A stretch of DNA of 64,000 nt from Bacteroidota bacterium (GCA_042584405.1 JBHOSR010000002.1:3417-67416), one strand, 5' to 3'; shown: positions 37,644 to 49,116, counted from the first letter of the stretch. Numbers and translations are program-made. Notes: generated by a model from the sequence alone, not told the origin.

Positions 37644-40600
37644 ATGCAGATTAAAGGAGCTATTAGATTTTTGGCCATTGCGTTGGCCGCGATTTGTATT
37701 TATTACTTATCGTTTACTTGGATTACACAAGGAATTTATAAAGATGCAGAGCAATACGCTCAAGGCAATCCTGACAAAGAATATGAATATCTTGATTCAA
37801 TTTCAAGTGAAGAGGTTTATAACATTGGGATAAAAAAATTCACATTTAGAGAATGCCAGGAAAGAGAAATTAACCTTGGTCTTGACCTTAAAGGAGGTAT
37901 GGATGTTATACTTGAAATATCTGTAGAAGATATTATCAAAGCTATGGCTAACAATAGTACTGATACCACTTTCCAGAAAGCAATTAGTTTAGCAAGAGAA
38001 TACAGTAAAAATAGTCGTGAGGATTTCGTTACATTGTTTGGAAGAGCATTTACTGAAATTGATCCAAACGCTAAGTTGGCAGCTATTTTTAACACCATTG
38101 AATTAAGAGATAAAATTGACTTTAATTCAACAAACGAAGATGTATTAAATGTTATTGATGAAGAATCAAAAGATGCAATCGATAATTCGTTCAATATTCT
38201 TCGAAGTAGAATTGACCGTTTTGGTGTTGTTCAGCCCGATATTCAGCGCTTAGAAGGCACAGGAAGAATAATGATTGCACTTCCTGGTGTTAAAGATCAA
38301 GAACGCGTTCGTGATTTATTGCAAGGAACAGCAAATCTGGAATTTTGGGAAACATATAATAATACACAGGCATACACTTATCTTCTTCAAGCTAATGAGG
38401 TTATTTATGAATTAGAAAAAGCTCAAAGAGAGTTAGATAAAAGTAAAGAAACTATTGTTGAAGTTGAAGAAGTTACTACGGAAGATGTAGAAGACGAAAC
38501 TCAGGAAACAGAGGAGTTGTCATTGCTTGATCAATTGGAATCTGATTCTATAGCTCAAGATTCAACAGATTTAACTCAAACTCAAATAGCTGAAAGATAC
38601 CCATTATTCTCGGTATTACGTCCAAGCATTAATCCTCAATCGGGACAACCAATGGAAGGTTCAGTAATTGGTATGGCACACTATTCTGACACATCAAAAG
38701 TTAATGCATATCTTAAAAAGGATCAGGTTAAAACGGTATTTCCAAGAGACATGGTGTTTAAATGGCATGTTAAACCTTATAAATATGACGAATCTGAAAA
38801 TTATTATGAATTGCATGCTATAAAAGTAACAGGTCGCGATGGACAAGCTCCCCTAGATGGTGATGTTGTAACAGATGCAAGATCAGAATTTGATCAAAAT
38901 ACAGGTAACGCTGAAGTTACAATGACCATGAATGCTGATGGTGCAAAAACTTGGGCACGATTAACTAAAAATAATGTTGGAAACTTTATCGCAATTGTGC
39001 TTGACGATTATGTGTATTCTGCTCCAAGAGTTAGTAATGAAATTACTGGTGGAAGGTCATCCATTTCAGGTGATTTTACAGTAAACGAAGCAAAAGACTT
39101 AGCTAATATATTAAAATCAGGTAAATTGCCTGCTCCGGCAAGAATAATCCAGGAAGAAATTGTTGGTCCTTCACTAGGACAAGAAGCAATTGATGCAGGA
39201 TTAAGTTCATTTTTTATTGCCTTCATAGTGGTTATTATATATATGATTTTCTACTATAGCCGTAAAGCAGGTTTAGTAGCAGACATAGCCCTTATTGCAA
39301 ATATGTTCTTTATTTTTGGCGTATTAGCTTCATTAGGAGCAGCCCTTACATTACCTGGTATTGCTGGTATTGTATTAACAATAGGTATGTCAGTTGATGC
39401 GAACGTACTTATCTACGAACGAATTCGAGAAGAACTTTCAGCAGGTAAAGGTGTTAAGTTGGCAGTTAAGGATGGATATAAGAATGCATATTCAGCAATT
39501 ATTGATGCTAACGTTACTACATTGTTAACAGCTATTATATTATATGTTTTTGGTACTGGTCCTATTAAAGGATTTGCTACTACTTTGCTTATTGGTATTT
39601 TAACCTCTTTATTCACTGCGATTTTCTTAACCCGATTAATTTTCGAGTGGTACTTAAAGCGTAATAAGGAAATTACTTATTCTACCAAATTAACTGAAGG
39701 CGCATTTAAAAATACTGCTATTAAGTTTCTTGATAAACGTAAAATTGCTTATGCAATTTCAGCTATCTTAATATTTATTAGTGTGGGTTCATTATTCACC
39801 AGAGGATTAAATCAGGGAGTTGATTTTACAGGAGGTAGAACTTATGTTGTACGTTTCGAGAATTCAGTAAGTACTATTGATATAGCAAATGGTTTAGCTG
39901 AAGTATATGGACATGCTCCAGAAGTAAAAACTTTTGGAGGAGATAATCAGGTTAAGATTACAACAAAATACAGAATTGATGAGGATGATGTAGAAGTTGA
40001 TAAGGATGTAGAAACTAAATTATTCGAGGGATTAATAACTGTTTATGAATTAGAAGGTTTAACACAAGAATTATTCCTTAAGGGTTTTGTTAAAGAAAAT
40101 GAGGGACAACTTAAAGTTGCTGGTTTACACGATGTTGAAAATGTTTATGGTTTAAAGAGCTCACAAAAAGTAGGTGCTACAATTGCAGATGATATTCTTT
40201 ATAAATCCTTAGTTGTAATTGTTCTTGCTCTTATATTAATGTTCGTTTATATATTTATCAGATTTAAGAACTGGCAATATGGTTTAGGTGCAATTGTTGC
40301 ATTAATGCACGATGTTTTAATTATTTTGGGAATATTCTCAATATTCTGGGGGATTCTTCCTTTCTCACTAGAAATCGATCAAGCATTTATAGCAGCAATT
40401 CTAACAGTTGTTGGATACTCTATAAACGATACCGTTGTTGTATTCGACCGTATCAGGGAACATGTAACACTGTATCCAAAACGTGATCGTCGTACAATAT
40501 TAGACGGTGCGTTGAATAGTACAATAAGTCGTACATTTAATACTTCATTAAGTACATTTGTTGTATTACTTACTATTTTTATCTTTGGAGGTGAAGTAAT

Positions 40601-40721
40601 TCGAGGTTTTGTATTTGCATTATTAATTGGTGTTTTAGTTGGTACATACTCATCATTATTTATTGCAACACCGGTTGTATATGACACAGTTCACAAAAAA
40701 GGTGAAAAGAAAAATAAATAA
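37644..40721 (+). CDS. secDF: protein translocase subunit SecDF (fused)
   Basis: 1025 aa. SecD (LGLDLKGGMDV, GPSLGQEAI) and SecF (GVDFTGGR, INDTVVVFDRIRE) signatures in one ORF. Confidence 0.95.
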   Translation: MQIKGAIRFLAIALAAICIYYLSFTWITQGIYKDAEQYAQGNPDKEYEYLDSISSEEVYNIGIKKFTFRECQEREINLGLDLKGGMDVILEISVEDIIKAMANNSTDTTFQKAISLAREYSKNSREDFVTLFGRAFTEIDPNAKLAAIFNTIELRDKIDFNSTNEDVLNVIDEESKDAIDNSFNILRSRIDRFGVVQPDIQRLEGTGRIMIALPGVKDQERVRDLLQGTANLEFWETYNNTQAYTYLLQANEVIYELEKAQRELDKSKETIVEVEEVTTEDVEDETQETEELSLLDQLESDSIAQDSTDLTQTQIAERYPLFSVLRPSINPQSGQPMEGSVIGMAHYSDTSKVNAYLKKDQVKTVFPRDMVFKWHVKPYKYDESENYYELHAIKVTGRDGQAPLDGDVVTDARSEFDQNTGNAEVTMTMNADGAKTWARLTKNNVGNFIAIVLDDYVYSAPRVSNEITGGRSSISGDFTVNEAKDLANILKSGKLPAPARIIQEEIVGPSLGQEAIDAGLSSFFIAFIVVIIYMIFYYSRKAGLVADIALIANMFFIFGVLASLGAALTLPGIAGIVLTIGMSVDANVLIYERIREELSAGKGVKLAVKDGYKNAYSAIIDANVTTLLTAIILYVFGTGPIKGFATTLLIGILTSLFTAIFLTRLIFEWYLKRNKEITYSTKLTEGAFKNTAIKFLDKRKIAYAISAILIFISVGSLFTRGLNQGVDFTGGRTYVVRFENSVSTIDIANGLAEVYGHAPEVKTFGGDNQVKITTKYRIDEDDVEVDKDVETKLFEGLITVYELEGLTQELFLKGFVKENEGQLKVAGLHDVENVYGLKSSQKVGATIADDILYKSLVVIVLALILMFVYIFIRFKNWQYGLGAIVALMHDVLIILGIFSIFWGILPFSLEIDQAFIAAILTVVGYSINDTVVVFDRIREHVTLYPKRDRRTILDGALNSTISRTFNTSLSTFVVLLTIFIFGGEVIRGFVFALLIGVLVGTYSSLFIATPVVYDTVHKKGEKKNK

Positions 40722-40743
40722 CAAAATATCTCATTATATATAA

Positions 40744-40770
40744 AGCCCCTTAAACCAAGGGGCTTTTTTT
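40744..40770 (+). terminator. intrinsic terminator after secDF
   Basis: agcccctt / aaggggct 8-bp stem, 5-nt loop, T7 run. Confidence 0.75.
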
Positions 40771-40959
40771 ATTGTTTAAACCATAACTAAACAAGCAATT
40801 AGAATTTGTTAAGTTTTAAAAACTATAGAATCTGTTTTTTTATTTAAAACGAACATTTTAGGTTCAAAGAATGATAAATGCGAATAGATTTTATAAAATG
40901 ATTATAAATCCAGGGTTGACAAAATAAATCCTAATCTATAAAATGAGTTAAACAAAATG

Positions 40960-40967
40960 TATATTTG
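40960..40967 (+). promoter_or_regulatory. candidate -7 box (TATATTTG) for tatA operon
   Basis: Exact TAnnTTTG, 14 nt upstream of the ATG at 40982. Confidence 0.4.
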
Positions 40968-40981
40968 TACAAATTGATGTT

Positions 40982-41227
40982 ATGTTTTATGTAATTTTTT
41001 TTATAAGCGGTCAAGAAATATTTATAATCCTTTTAGTTGTTTTATTACTATTTGGAGCAAATAAGATTCCTGAAATTGCACGAGGTCTTGGGAAAGGTAT
41101 GAGCGAATTCAGAAAAGCTGCCGATGATATTAAAAGAGAAATGAATGATCACACAAATGACCTTCAAAAAGATTTTAAAGAGATAAAAGACGAGATTAAA
41201 AACACAAAGGAAGATTTAAAAGGATAA
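40982..41227 (+). CDS. tatA: twin-arginine translocase TatA/TatE family subunit
   Basis: 81 aa. TM helix followed by LLLFGANKIPEIARGLGKGMSEFRKA. Confidence 0.8.
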   Translation: MFYVIFFISGQEIFIILLVVLLLFGANKIPEIARGLGKGMSEFRKAADDIKREMNDHTNDLQKDFKEIKDEIKNTKEDLKG

Positions 41228-41246
41228 TTAACTTCACTTCAATTTT

Positions 41247-42191
41247 ATGGACTACATTTTTCTTTTACTCGGTTTTGTTTTACTAATGTTAAGCGGCGAT
41301 TTTCTTGTAAGAGGAAGTGTTTCAATGGCGGGACATTTTAAGGTATCAAAACTGGTTATAGGAGTAGTTATTGTTTCATTTGGAACCTCAGCACCTGAGT
41401 TAGTTGTAAGTTTAGATGCTGTAATAATGGGACATCCTGATATTGCGATCGGAAATGTAATTGGTTCTAACATAGCCAATATAGCCTTGGTTCTTGGTTT
41501 AACTGCTATTGTCCTACCTATTAAAGTTAAAAAAAGAGCTATCCATTTTGACTGGTTAGTAATGATGGTAATTAGTTTATTATTCTATATTTTTTGCCTT
41601 AACTATAAATTACAACTATTTGAAGGGATAATCTTTATAGCTCTTCTTTTTGCTTTCATTTTCAGGTCATTTCGTAAATCTAGGAAAGAGAATTTGAAAT
41701 CTTTAGAGGAATCTATCCCTCCAAAGCATAATTTGTTTGTTTCTTTAATATTAGTGATAGCAGCAGCAGTTGGATTAATTTATGGAGCAGAGTTTCTAGT
41801 TAAAGGAGCATCAAATATTGCCAGTAAAATTGGAATTGATGAACGAATAATTTCCGTTTCAGTAATTGCACTTGGGACTAGTTTGCCGGAATTAGCTACA
41901 TCAATTGCAGCAGCTATTCGAAAAGAACTGGACATATTTATTGGAAATATAATTGGATCCAATATTTTTAATATTCTTGCAATTCTAGGTTTAAGCAGCA
42001 TTGTTAAATCAATAGATATTAATCCAATGGTATTGAGATTTGATTTTTTCTGGATGTTGGGGATATCGTTACTTTTATTTTTATTTATTTTACCAATAAG
42101 AAAAGGTATAGTAACGCGATGGAAAGGATTAATATTTGTAGCTATATATATTGTTTATATATATTTAGCGTTTACAATAAAAGGTATATAA
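41247..42191 (+). CDS. calcium/sodium antiporter (YrbG/CaCA family)
   Basis: Two alpha-repeats (FGTSAPELVVS...GNVIGSNIANI and LGTSLPELATS...GNIIGSNIFNI). Confidence 0.85.
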   Translation: MDYIFLLLGFVLLMLSGDFLVRGSVSMAGHFKVSKLVIGVVIVSFGTSAPELVVSLDAVIMGHPDIAIGNVIGSNIANIALVLGLTAIVLPIKVKKRAIHFDWLVMMVISLLFYIFCLNYKLQLFEGIIFIALLFAFIFRSFRKSRKENLKSLEESIPPKHNLFVSLILVIAAAVGLIYGAEFLVKGASNIASKIGIDERIISVSVIALGTSLPELATSIAAAIRKELDIFIGNIIGSNIFNILAILGLSSIVKSIDINPMVLRFDFFWMLGISLLLFLFILPIRKGIVTRWKGLIFVAIYIVYIYLAFTIKGI

Positions 42192-42206
42192 TTTAATATA
42201 GAATAA

Positions 42207-42860
42207 ATGATTTTAGCTAAAAACATCACAAAATCATATGGAGATCTGCAGGTTTTAAAAGGAATTGATCTGGAAATAAAAAGAGGTGAAATTATTTCAA
42301 TAGTAGGGCCAAGCGGAGCTGGAAAAACAACTTTTTTGCAGATATTAGGAACTTTAAGCAGACCTAATTCGGGACAAATATTATTTGATAATAAAGAAGT
42401 AACTACATATAAAGACAAGCAATTAGCATCTTTTAGAAACAATAATATTGGTTTCGTATTTCAGTTTCATCATCTTTTACCTGAATTTACAGCGTTAGAA
42501 AATGTATGTATACCCGCTTTTATTGGTAGAATGTCAAAAGAAAATGCTGAATCAAAGGCTAAAGAAATATTGTCTTTTTTAAAACTTGATCACCGAATTA
42601 ATCATAAACCAAATGAATTATCAGGTGGTGAACAACAACGAGTAGCTGTTGCAAGAGCTTTGATCAACGAACCTTCGGTGATTTTTGCAGATGAACCATC
42701 TGGAAATCTTGATTCTGAAAATAAAAAAGAACTTCACGATTTATTCTTTTCTCTTCGCGATAAATATAATCCGTCAATTGTAATAGTAACACATGATGTA
42801 GGTTTGGCAAATATGGCTGATAAAAAACTAGCCATGAGAGATGGCTTATTTCTTTCTTAA
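42207..42860 (+). CDS. ABC transporter ATP-binding protein (LolD/MacB-ATPase-like)
   Basis: Walker [10 protein letters not shown], signature [15 protein letters not shown], Walker [13 protein letters not shown]. Confidence 0.9.
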   Translation: MILAKNITKSYGDLQVLKGIDLEIKRGEIISIVGPSGAGKTTFLQILGTLSRPNSGQILFDNKEVTTYKDKQLASFRNNNIGFVFQFHHLLPEFTALENVCIPAFIGRMSKENAESKAKEILSFLKLDHRINHKPNELSGGEQQRVAVARALINEPSVIFADEPSGNLDSENKKELHDLFFSLRDKYNPSIVIVTHDVGLANMADKKLAMRDGLFLS

Positions 42861-42862
42861 AA

Positions 42863-43642
42863 ATGACTTTCTCTCGAAAACATTTTGAAATAAAAGAATT
42901 TCTTGACGAGAAAGTAGAAAAGTATAATCATCCTGATTTTATAATATCCGATCCAATTCAAATTCCACATTTATTTTCTGATAAAAGTGATATTGAAATA
43001 TCGGCATTTTTAACATCCACAATTGCCTGGGGACAGAGAGTAACCATTATAAAAAACATGCTAAAGTTGATATCACTTATGGATCATTCTCCATTTGATT
43101 TTGTAATGAATCATACAGAAAAAGAATTGGAACGATTAAATTATTTTAAACATCGAACATTCAATGGTGAAGACTGTAAGTTTTTTATTAGATCACTGAA
43201 AAATATATTGCAGAATTATGGAGGTTTAGGTGAATTGTTTCAGAATTTGTATTTTAAGGAGAAAAATATTTTTAATGTTTTAATTGAGTTCAGAAAGGTG
43301 TTTTTTGAAATTAAACATGCCGAAAGAACACAAAAGCATATATCAAATGTTCAAAAAGGGGCATCTGCAAAACGACTCAATATGTTCTTACGATGGATGG
43401 TTCGTGGTGATAATTGCGGAGTAGATTTTGGATTATGGAACAAAATTCCGATGTCCGATTTATTTTTACCTTTGGACGTACATACAGGAAATGTAGCACG
43501 GAAATTAGGATTACTAAAAAGAAAACAAAACGATTGGAAAGCAGTGGAAGAGATCACCGAGGTGTTAAGAAAATTTAATCCATCCGATCCTGTAAAATAT
43601 GATTATGCATTATTTGGATTAGGTGTTTTTGAAAAGTTTTAA
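42863..43642 (+). CDS. TIGR02757 (DUF2400) family protein
   Basis: DPIQIPHLFSDKSDIEISAFLTSTIAWGQR... matches my recollection of the family N-terminus. Confidence 0.55.
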   Translation: MTFSRKHFEIKEFLDEKVEKYNHPDFIISDPIQIPHLFSDKSDIEISAFLTSTIAWGQRVTIIKNMLKLISLMDHSPFDFVMNHTEKELERLNYFKHRTFNGEDCKFFIRSLKNILQNYGGLGELFQNLYFKEKNIFNVLIEFRKVFFEIKHAERTQKHISNVQKGASAKRLNMFLRWMVRGDNCGVDFGLWNKIPMSDLFLPLDVHTGNVARKLGLLKRKQNDWKAVEEITEVLRKFNPSDPVKYDYALFGLGVFEKF

Positions 43643-43645
43643 TTT

Positions 43646-44359
43646 ATGCCAAACAAATATTTTAAATTCAAACAATTTACTATTTATCAGGATAAATGCG
43701 CGATGAAAGTTGGTACAGATGGCGTTCTTTTGGGTGCTTGGGCAAATTGTGAATATGGGAATGAATTTCTTGATATTGGTACTGGAACTGGACTTATCGC
43801 TTTAATGCTAGCTCAAAGGTCAAACGCAACTATAGATGCTTTGGAAATTGACCAATCAGCTTGTGTTCAAGCAAACGAAAACGTTAAAGAATCGCCCTGG
43901 AAAGAAAGAATTAATGTTATTAATAATTCCATCCAAGAGTTTACAAAATCATCAATAAAAAAATATGATTTAATTGTTTCAAATCCTCCGTATTTCCAGA
44001 ATTCACTTTTTGCTCCAGATGAGAAGCGAACCGATGCACGTCACAATTCAAATCTTCAATATGAAGATATTATAAATGGAGCAATTAATCTAGTTAAAGA
44101 TGATGGAAGATTAAGTCTTATTTTACCTTATCTTGAAGGCAATATGTTTATTTTAAAAGCTGTGGAATATGGTTTGTATTGTATTCGACAGACAAAAGTT
44201 TTGCCAAAACCGAATCGAGAACCTAAGAGATTATTGCTTGAATTTATGAAAATAAAAAAACCGCTTATTGAGCAAGAAATAATTATTGAACTCAACAAAC
44301 GGCATGAATATTCTGAAGCATATAAAAATCTAACAAAGGATTTTTATTTAGCTTTTTAA
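43646..44359 (+). CDS. tRNA1(Val) (adenine37-N6)-methyltransferase (TrmN6/YfiC-like)
   Basis: FKQFTIYQDKCAMKVGTDGVLLGAWA, LDIGTGTGLIALMLAQR and the catalytic NPPYF. Confidence 0.8.
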   Translation: MPNKYFKFKQFTIYQDKCAMKVGTDGVLLGAWANCEYGNEFLDIGTGTGLIALMLAQRSNATIDALEIDQSACVQANENVKESPWKERINVINNSIQEFTKSSIKKYDLIVSNPPYFQNSLFAPDEKRTDARHNSNLQYEDIINGAINLVKDDGRLSLILPYLEGNMFILKAVEYGLYCIRQTKVLPKPNREPKRLLLEFMKIKKPLIEQEIIIELNKRHEYSEAYKNLTKDFYLAF

Positions 44360-45693
44360 TCTAAATCAATTTCTTCTTCAACGAACACAATACCATATTC
44401 CTCTAATTCTTTTAGTACAGGTTCATATACAACTTTCATGGTTGGTACAATTACACCTTTTTGTTCAATAACTCCAGTTAAGAAAAGTTTAGTAGCAATT
44501 GCAACAGGTATTCCAACCGTTATAGACATCGCTGTGTGAACTTGATCCTTACCTTTTACAACTAAGGAAGACGTAATTCGTTTAGTTTTACCATTCAGTT
44601 TATAATCAAATTGATGCTGCATGGCAATCATGTCCTTATCGTTTGGTTCTAATGCCCACTTTTCTTCTAATAATTTTTGTAAAATCTGAGCAGGAGTAGC
44701 ATTTGGAAGTCCTATTTCCTTTTCTTCAAATATTCCTAACCATCGTAATTTGTTCATCATTTCAGAATCTAAGTTAATCCCTACATAATCACATAGTTTT
44801 TGTTCTACAGTATCTATCAGATTATAGTGTAGAAAACTATTAACAAATTCTCTATATGTTAATTTTTCTGAGTGTCCAATAGTGTAAGAGTCATCTGTCA
44901 TTCCCAATTGAACGAAAACATCCCAAGCTTTGCAGTATCCTGGACGACGCAATGTGCCTCTTAATAAAGTAGGAATATCTTCCAATCCATATGTTTCTCT
45001 GTAGCTTAAAGAATCTCTGTTTGGATACATTTCAAACTCTCCTGCATCCAAAATAGACATTTTTTCAATTCGTCTAAATAGCTGATTGTATGGAACATAT
45101 TTGTACTTGCCATGATCAATATACTGAGCAACTGATTGTCCTGCTACAACTACATTTCTAGGATTCCAGGTAAATTTATAATTCCATGGATTATTATCGA
45201 ATTCAGGAGCAACTAATCCTCCAGTACTTGATTTGAAAGCAAGCATTTCTCCACCCTTAGCTCTTATTTCATCAATAACTTTCATTGCCGACATATGATC
45301 TATTCCTGGATCAACACCAATCTCGTTTAATAATAATAAGCCCTTTGCAACAGCATCTTTATGCAGTTCTTTAACTTCCTTTGAAACATAAGATGCGGTG
45401 ATCATGTGTTTTCCAAATTCAACACATTTTTCTGCAACTAAATAATGAAATCTTGCTGGTAACATTGAAATTACTACTTCAGCATTCTGAATCTCCTCAA
45501 TTCTTTGGTGTTCGTTAAATACGTTAAATTCGAAAGCTTCACCATTTTGATGCTTGTTTACTTTTCTTTTAGCTACATCTAAAGACATATCGCCTACTCG
45601 AATTTTCCAATTATATTGATTTGAATGATCCAATAAATATTTTATCAAACTTGATGATGATAATCCTGCACCGAGAATTAATATTTTTTTCAT
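44356..45693 (-). CDS. saccharopine dehydrogenase family protein
   Basis: N-terminal Rossmann fold (KKILILGAGLSSSS) and a Sacchrp_dh C-domain. 445 aa. Confidence 0.85.
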   Translation of the reverse strand: MKKILILGAGLSSSSLIKYLLDHSNQYNWKIRVGDMSLDVAKRKVNKHQNGEAFEFNVFNEHQRIEEIQNAEVVISMLPARFHYLVAEKCVEFGKHMITASYVSKEVKELHKDAVAKGLLLLNEIGVDPGIDHMSAMKVIDEIRAKGGEMLAFKSSTGGLVAPEFDNNPWNYKFTWNPRNVVVAGQSVAQYIDHGKYKYVPYNQLFRRIEKMSILDAGEFEMYPNRDSLSYRETYGLEDIPTLLRGTLRRPGYCKAWDVFVQLGMTDDSYTIGHSEKLTYREFVNSFLHYNLIDTVEQKLCDYVGINLDSEMMNKLRWLGIFEEKEIGLPNATPAQILQKLLEEKWALEPNDKDMIAMQHQFDYKLNGKTKRITSSLVVKGKDQVHTAMSITVGIPVAIATKLFLTGVIEQKGVIVPTMKVVYEPVLKELEEYGIVFVEEEIDLD

Positions 45694-45742
45694 AAAGTAT
45701 TTAATTGTATAATTTGTTTGAATTGAAGTGCTAATGTAAAAT

Positions 45743-45750
45743 TATATTTG
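45743..45750 (+). promoter_or_regulatory. orphan -7 box (TATATTTG), no annotated gene downstream
   Basis: Exact TAnnTTTG on the plus strand, with TTTG motifs at 45713-45720. See the sRNA finding. Confidence 0.3.
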
Positions 45751-46018
45751 AAATAGAAAAATGGTTTTTGACAGTTTTTATAAATGTTTAATAACAACTA
45801 TTGCTATAATTCTATAAGTACAAGATAATGAGCTAATAGTTCATAATAATATTTGACTAAAAAAAATTATAAGAAGTATGTCTTTTTATAAATTAAATTT
45901 CTAATAAATATTTGGTCGATTTTACTGACAATTTTTTGTTTTTAAGAAAAAGTTACTATTTTAGCATCTACGAAAAAATAAACCTCTAAAAATTTTACCT
46001 AAAAATGTTAAATTTTTA

Positions 46019-46046
46019 AGTCCTTGATGAGTCAAGGACTTTTTTT
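46019..46046 (+). terminator. orphan intrinsic terminator in the sacchrp_dh/mutS intergenic region
   Basis: agtccttga / tcaaggact perfect 9-bp stem, tgag loop, T7 run. No plus-strand CDS ends nearby. Confidence 0.7.
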
Positions 46047-46180
46047 GTACACTTTATTTAAAATAATAATTTCAAGTGTATTCTAACTTGATACATTAAG
46101 ATAAGATTATTATAAATTGATTTGTTCTAATGTGTTAATAAAACCACATCTCTATTTATTGGAAAGATCATGATAAATCT

Positions 46181-46188
46181 TAATTTTG
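46181..46188 (+). promoter_or_regulatory. candidate -7 box (TAATTTTG) for mutS
   Basis: Match to TAnnTTTG, 32 nt upstream of the TTG start. Confidence 0.4.
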
Positions 46189-46220
46189 TTCGTACTTGAA
46201 AACTTAGTATAATAAAGATT

Positions 46221-48839
46221 TTGGCAGAAAAGAAAAAATACGCAGAAACTCCATTGATGAAGCAATATTATCAGATCAAGAGCAAACATCCTGATGCGAT
46301 ATTATTATTCAGAGTTGGTGATTTTTATGAAACATTTGGAGAAGATGCTATTACAGCTGCTGAAATTTTAGGTATTACTTTAACTAAAAGAGCAAACGGT
46401 GCTGCTTCCTTCGTTGAATTGGCAGGTTTCCCATATCATGCAATTGATACTTACTTACCAAAATTAGTTCGTGCAGGGCAGAGAGTAGCTATTTGTGAGC
46501 AACTCGAAGATCCAAAGACAACTAAGAAAATTGTAAAGAGGGGTATTACTGAAATGGTTACACCAGGTGTATCTTTTAATGACAATGTCCTAGAGCATCG
46601 AGAAAATAATTTTTTAGCCTCAGTACATCTCGAAAAAACATTTGCAGGAGTAGCATTTCTAGATATTTCAACCGGTGAATTTTTAACCGCTGAGGGCAGT
46701 TTTGAATACGTTGATAAACTTTTAAATAGTTTCCAGCCTAAAGAAGTTCTTTTTGAACGCAGCAAGCAACAACAGTTTAAAGAATTATTTGGAGAGAAGT
46801 TTTATACCTATAAATTAGATGATTGGGTATACACTGAAGAAAATGCAACAGACAAGCTGCTTAAAAGATTTCAAACTTCGTCGTTAAAAGGATTTGGAGT
46901 TCATGGTTTACAACAAGGAATTATTGCGGCAGGATCAATTTTACAATATCTAGAGATCACGCAACATGAAAAATTGCAGCACATATCTACTCTTTCAAGA
47001 ATTGAGGAAGATCGCTATGTGTGGTTGGATAAATTCACAATTCGAAATTTAGAATTGTTTTTTTCTCTTAACGAAGGAGCTAAAACATTAGTTGATGTTA
47101 TTGATAGAACAATCTCACCAATGGGAGCTCGATTATTGAAACGGTGGATAGCTTTACCTTTAAAAGAAGAAAAACCAATAGTAGAACGCCATGATGTAGT
47201 TGAATTTCTATTAAAAAACACTGATTTTAAAGAATTGCTGGCTGAACATGTTAAAGAAATTGGTGATTTAGAAAGAATTATTTCTAAGGTGGCAACTGGT
47301 AGGGTGAATCCTCGTGAGGTAGTTCAGTTAAAACATGCTCTTACTGCAATTGAACCAATTAAAAACGCATGTTTAAAATCAAATAATGAGGCTTTAAAAA
47401 AGATTGGTGATCAACTCAATCCTTGTTTAAATATTCGGGATAGAATAGAGAATGAATTATTTTCTGATCCTCCAGCATTACTAAGCAAAGGAAATTATAT
47501 TGCAGAAGGGGTCTCCAATGATCTTGATGAATTCAGGAAACTAGCTTATTCCGGTAAAGATTATTTAATTCAGATCCAGCAAAGAGAGATAGAAAGAACA
47601 GGAATTACTTCATTAAAAATTAGTTTTAATAATGTTTTTGGATATTACATTGAGGTAAGAAATACACATAAAGATAAAGTACCACCCGAGTGGATTAGAA
47701 AGCAAACTTTAGTTAGTGCGGAAAGATATATTACAGAAGAACTTAAAGAATATGAAGTAAAAATTTTGGGTGCAGAAGAAAAAGCGCTCGATTTGGAACA
47801 GAAATTATTTTTTGATCTAGTTTCTAGTTTAGAAGATTATATCTCAGCAATACAATTAAATGCTTCTTTAATTGCTAAATTGGATTGCTTGTTATCTTTT
47901 TCGATAGTTTCTGAAGAAAATAAATATGTACGACCAGAAATAAATGATTCAAATATAATTGATATAAAAGATGGTAGGCACCCTGTAATTGAAAAGATGT
48001 TACCAATTGACGAATCTTACATCTCAAATGATGTGTATTTAGATAATGATCAGCAACAAATCATTGTAATTACAGGTCCTAATATGTCTGGTAAATCTGC
48101 ACTTTTAAGACAGACGGCACTTATTGTATTATTGGCTCAGATAGGTAGTTTCGTTCCGGTATCTTCTGCAAAGATCGGATTAGTTGATAAGATTTTTACA
48201 CGAGTAGGAGCATCGGATAATATTTCCATGGGCGAATCTACATTTATGGTTGAAATGCATGAAGCAGCAAGTATCTTAAATAATCTTTCACCACGAAGCT
48301 TAATATTATTAGATGAAATTGGACGTGGAACTAGTACATATGATGGAATTTCAATTGCCTGGGCTATGGCCGAGTTTATTCATGAACATCCTACAACAAA
48401 GGCAAAAACACTTTTTGCAACCCATTATCACGAGTTAAACGAAATGGAAAAATCGTTTAATCGAATAAAAAATTACAATGTTTCGGTAAAAGAACTGGAT
48501 GATAAAGTAATTTTTCTTAGAAAACTGAAAAGAGGAGGCAGTGAACACAGTTTTGGAATACATGTAGCACAAATGGCAGGAATGCCAAAAAGTGTAGTAA
48601 ATAGGGCAAATGAAATTTTAAAAGACTTAGAAAAATCGGAACAAAAAGAATCACTTTCTAAGCCAGTTGGAGAAATAGCAAAGCATCGTGAAGGATTTCA
48701 GACTACCATATTTCAATTAGACGATCCGGTGTTGAAACAAATCCGAGATGAAATTCAAAATTTGGACATAAATAACTTAACTCCAGTTGAGGCTTTAAAT
48801 AAGCTTAACGAGATAAAAAAGCATATTGGCATGGATTAA
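46221..48839 (+). CDS. mutS: DNA mismatch repair protein MutS
   Basis: [22 protein letters not shown], Walker [21 protein letters not shown]. The ORF track gives a TTG start. Confidence 0.95.
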   Translation: MAEKKKYAETPLMKQYYQIKSKHPDAILLFRVGDFYETFGEDAITAAEILGITLTKRANGAASFVELAGFPYHAIDTYLPKLVRAGQRVAICEQLEDPKTTKKIVKRGITEMVTPGVSFNDNVLEHRENNFLASVHLEKTFAGVAFLDISTGEFLTAEGSFEYVDKLLNSFQPKEVLFERSKQQQFKELFGEKFYTYKLDDWVYTEENATDKLLKRFQTSSLKGFGVHGLQQGIIAAGSILQYLEITQHEKLQHISTLSRIEEDRYVWLDKFTIRNLELFFSLNEGAKTLVDVIDRTISPMGARLLKRWIALPLKEEKPIVERHDVVEFLLKNTDFKELLAEHVKEIGDLERIISKVATGRVNPREVVQLKHALTAIEPIKNACLKSNNEALKKIGDQLNPCLNIRDRIENELFSDPPALLSKGNYIAEGVSNDLDEFRKLAYSGKDYLIQIQQREIERTGITSLKISFNNVFGYYIEVRNTHKDKVPPEWIRKQTLVSAERYITEELKEYEVKILGAEEKALDLEQKLFFDLVSSLEDYISAIQLNASLIAKLDCLLSFSIVSEENKYVRPEINDSNIIDIKDGRHPVIEKMLPIDESYISNDVYLDNDQQQIIVITGPNMSGKSALLRQTALIVLLAQIGSFVPVSSAKIGLVDKIFTRVGASDNISMGESTFMVEMHEAASILNNLSPRSLILLDEIGRGTSTYDGISIAWAMAEFIHEHPTTKAKTLFATHYHELNEMEKSFNRIKNYNVSVKELDDKVIFLRKLKRGGSEHSFGIHVAQMAGMPKSVVNRANEILKDLEKSEQKESLSKPVGEIAKHREGFQTTIFQLDDPVLKQIRDEIQNLDINNLTPVEALNKLNEIKKHIGMD

Positions 48840-48878
48840 TATCCTTTGGATAAACTTCAATATTTTTTGATTATATTT

Positions 48879-48908
48879 TTTGTGGAACAAAAAAATTAGA
48901 TATATTTG
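48879..48908 (+). promoter_or_regulatory. Bacteroidota-type promoter of the tRNA-Gly/tRNA-Leu unit
   Basis: TTTG (48879-82), 18 nt, then TATATTTG (48901-08). The same tatatttgcac sequence precedes tRNA-Phe. Confidence 0.5.
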
Positions 48909-48920
48909 CACACGCAAAAC

Positions 48921-48993
<73 letters not shown>

Positions 48994-49000
48994 CCAAAAT

Positions 49001-49085
49001 GCCCAGGTGGCGGAATTGGTAGACGCGCTGGACTTAAAATCCAGTGACCATTATGGTTGTGCGGGTTCAAGTCCCGCCCTGGGTA
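49001..49085 (+). tRNA. tRNA-Leu (anticodon TAA)
   Basis: 85-nt type-II tRNA: acceptor gcccagg/cctgggt, anticodon loop ctTAAaa, long variable arm, T-loop ttcaagt. Confidence 0.95.
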
Positions 49086-49090
49086 CAAAA

Positions 49091-49116
49091 GCCGATGAGA
49101 AATCATCGGCTTTTTT
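49091..49116 (+). terminator. intrinsic terminator after tRNA-Leu
   Basis: gccgatga / tcatcggc 8-bp stem, gaaa loop, T6 run. Confidence 0.8.

Noticed and set aside
40914-40919. TTGACA hexamer upstream of tatA as an E. coli-type -35 box
   Set aside because: At 40 nt from the -7 box the spacing is wrong, and Bacteroidota sigma-A uses the TTTG/TAnnTTTG architecture.
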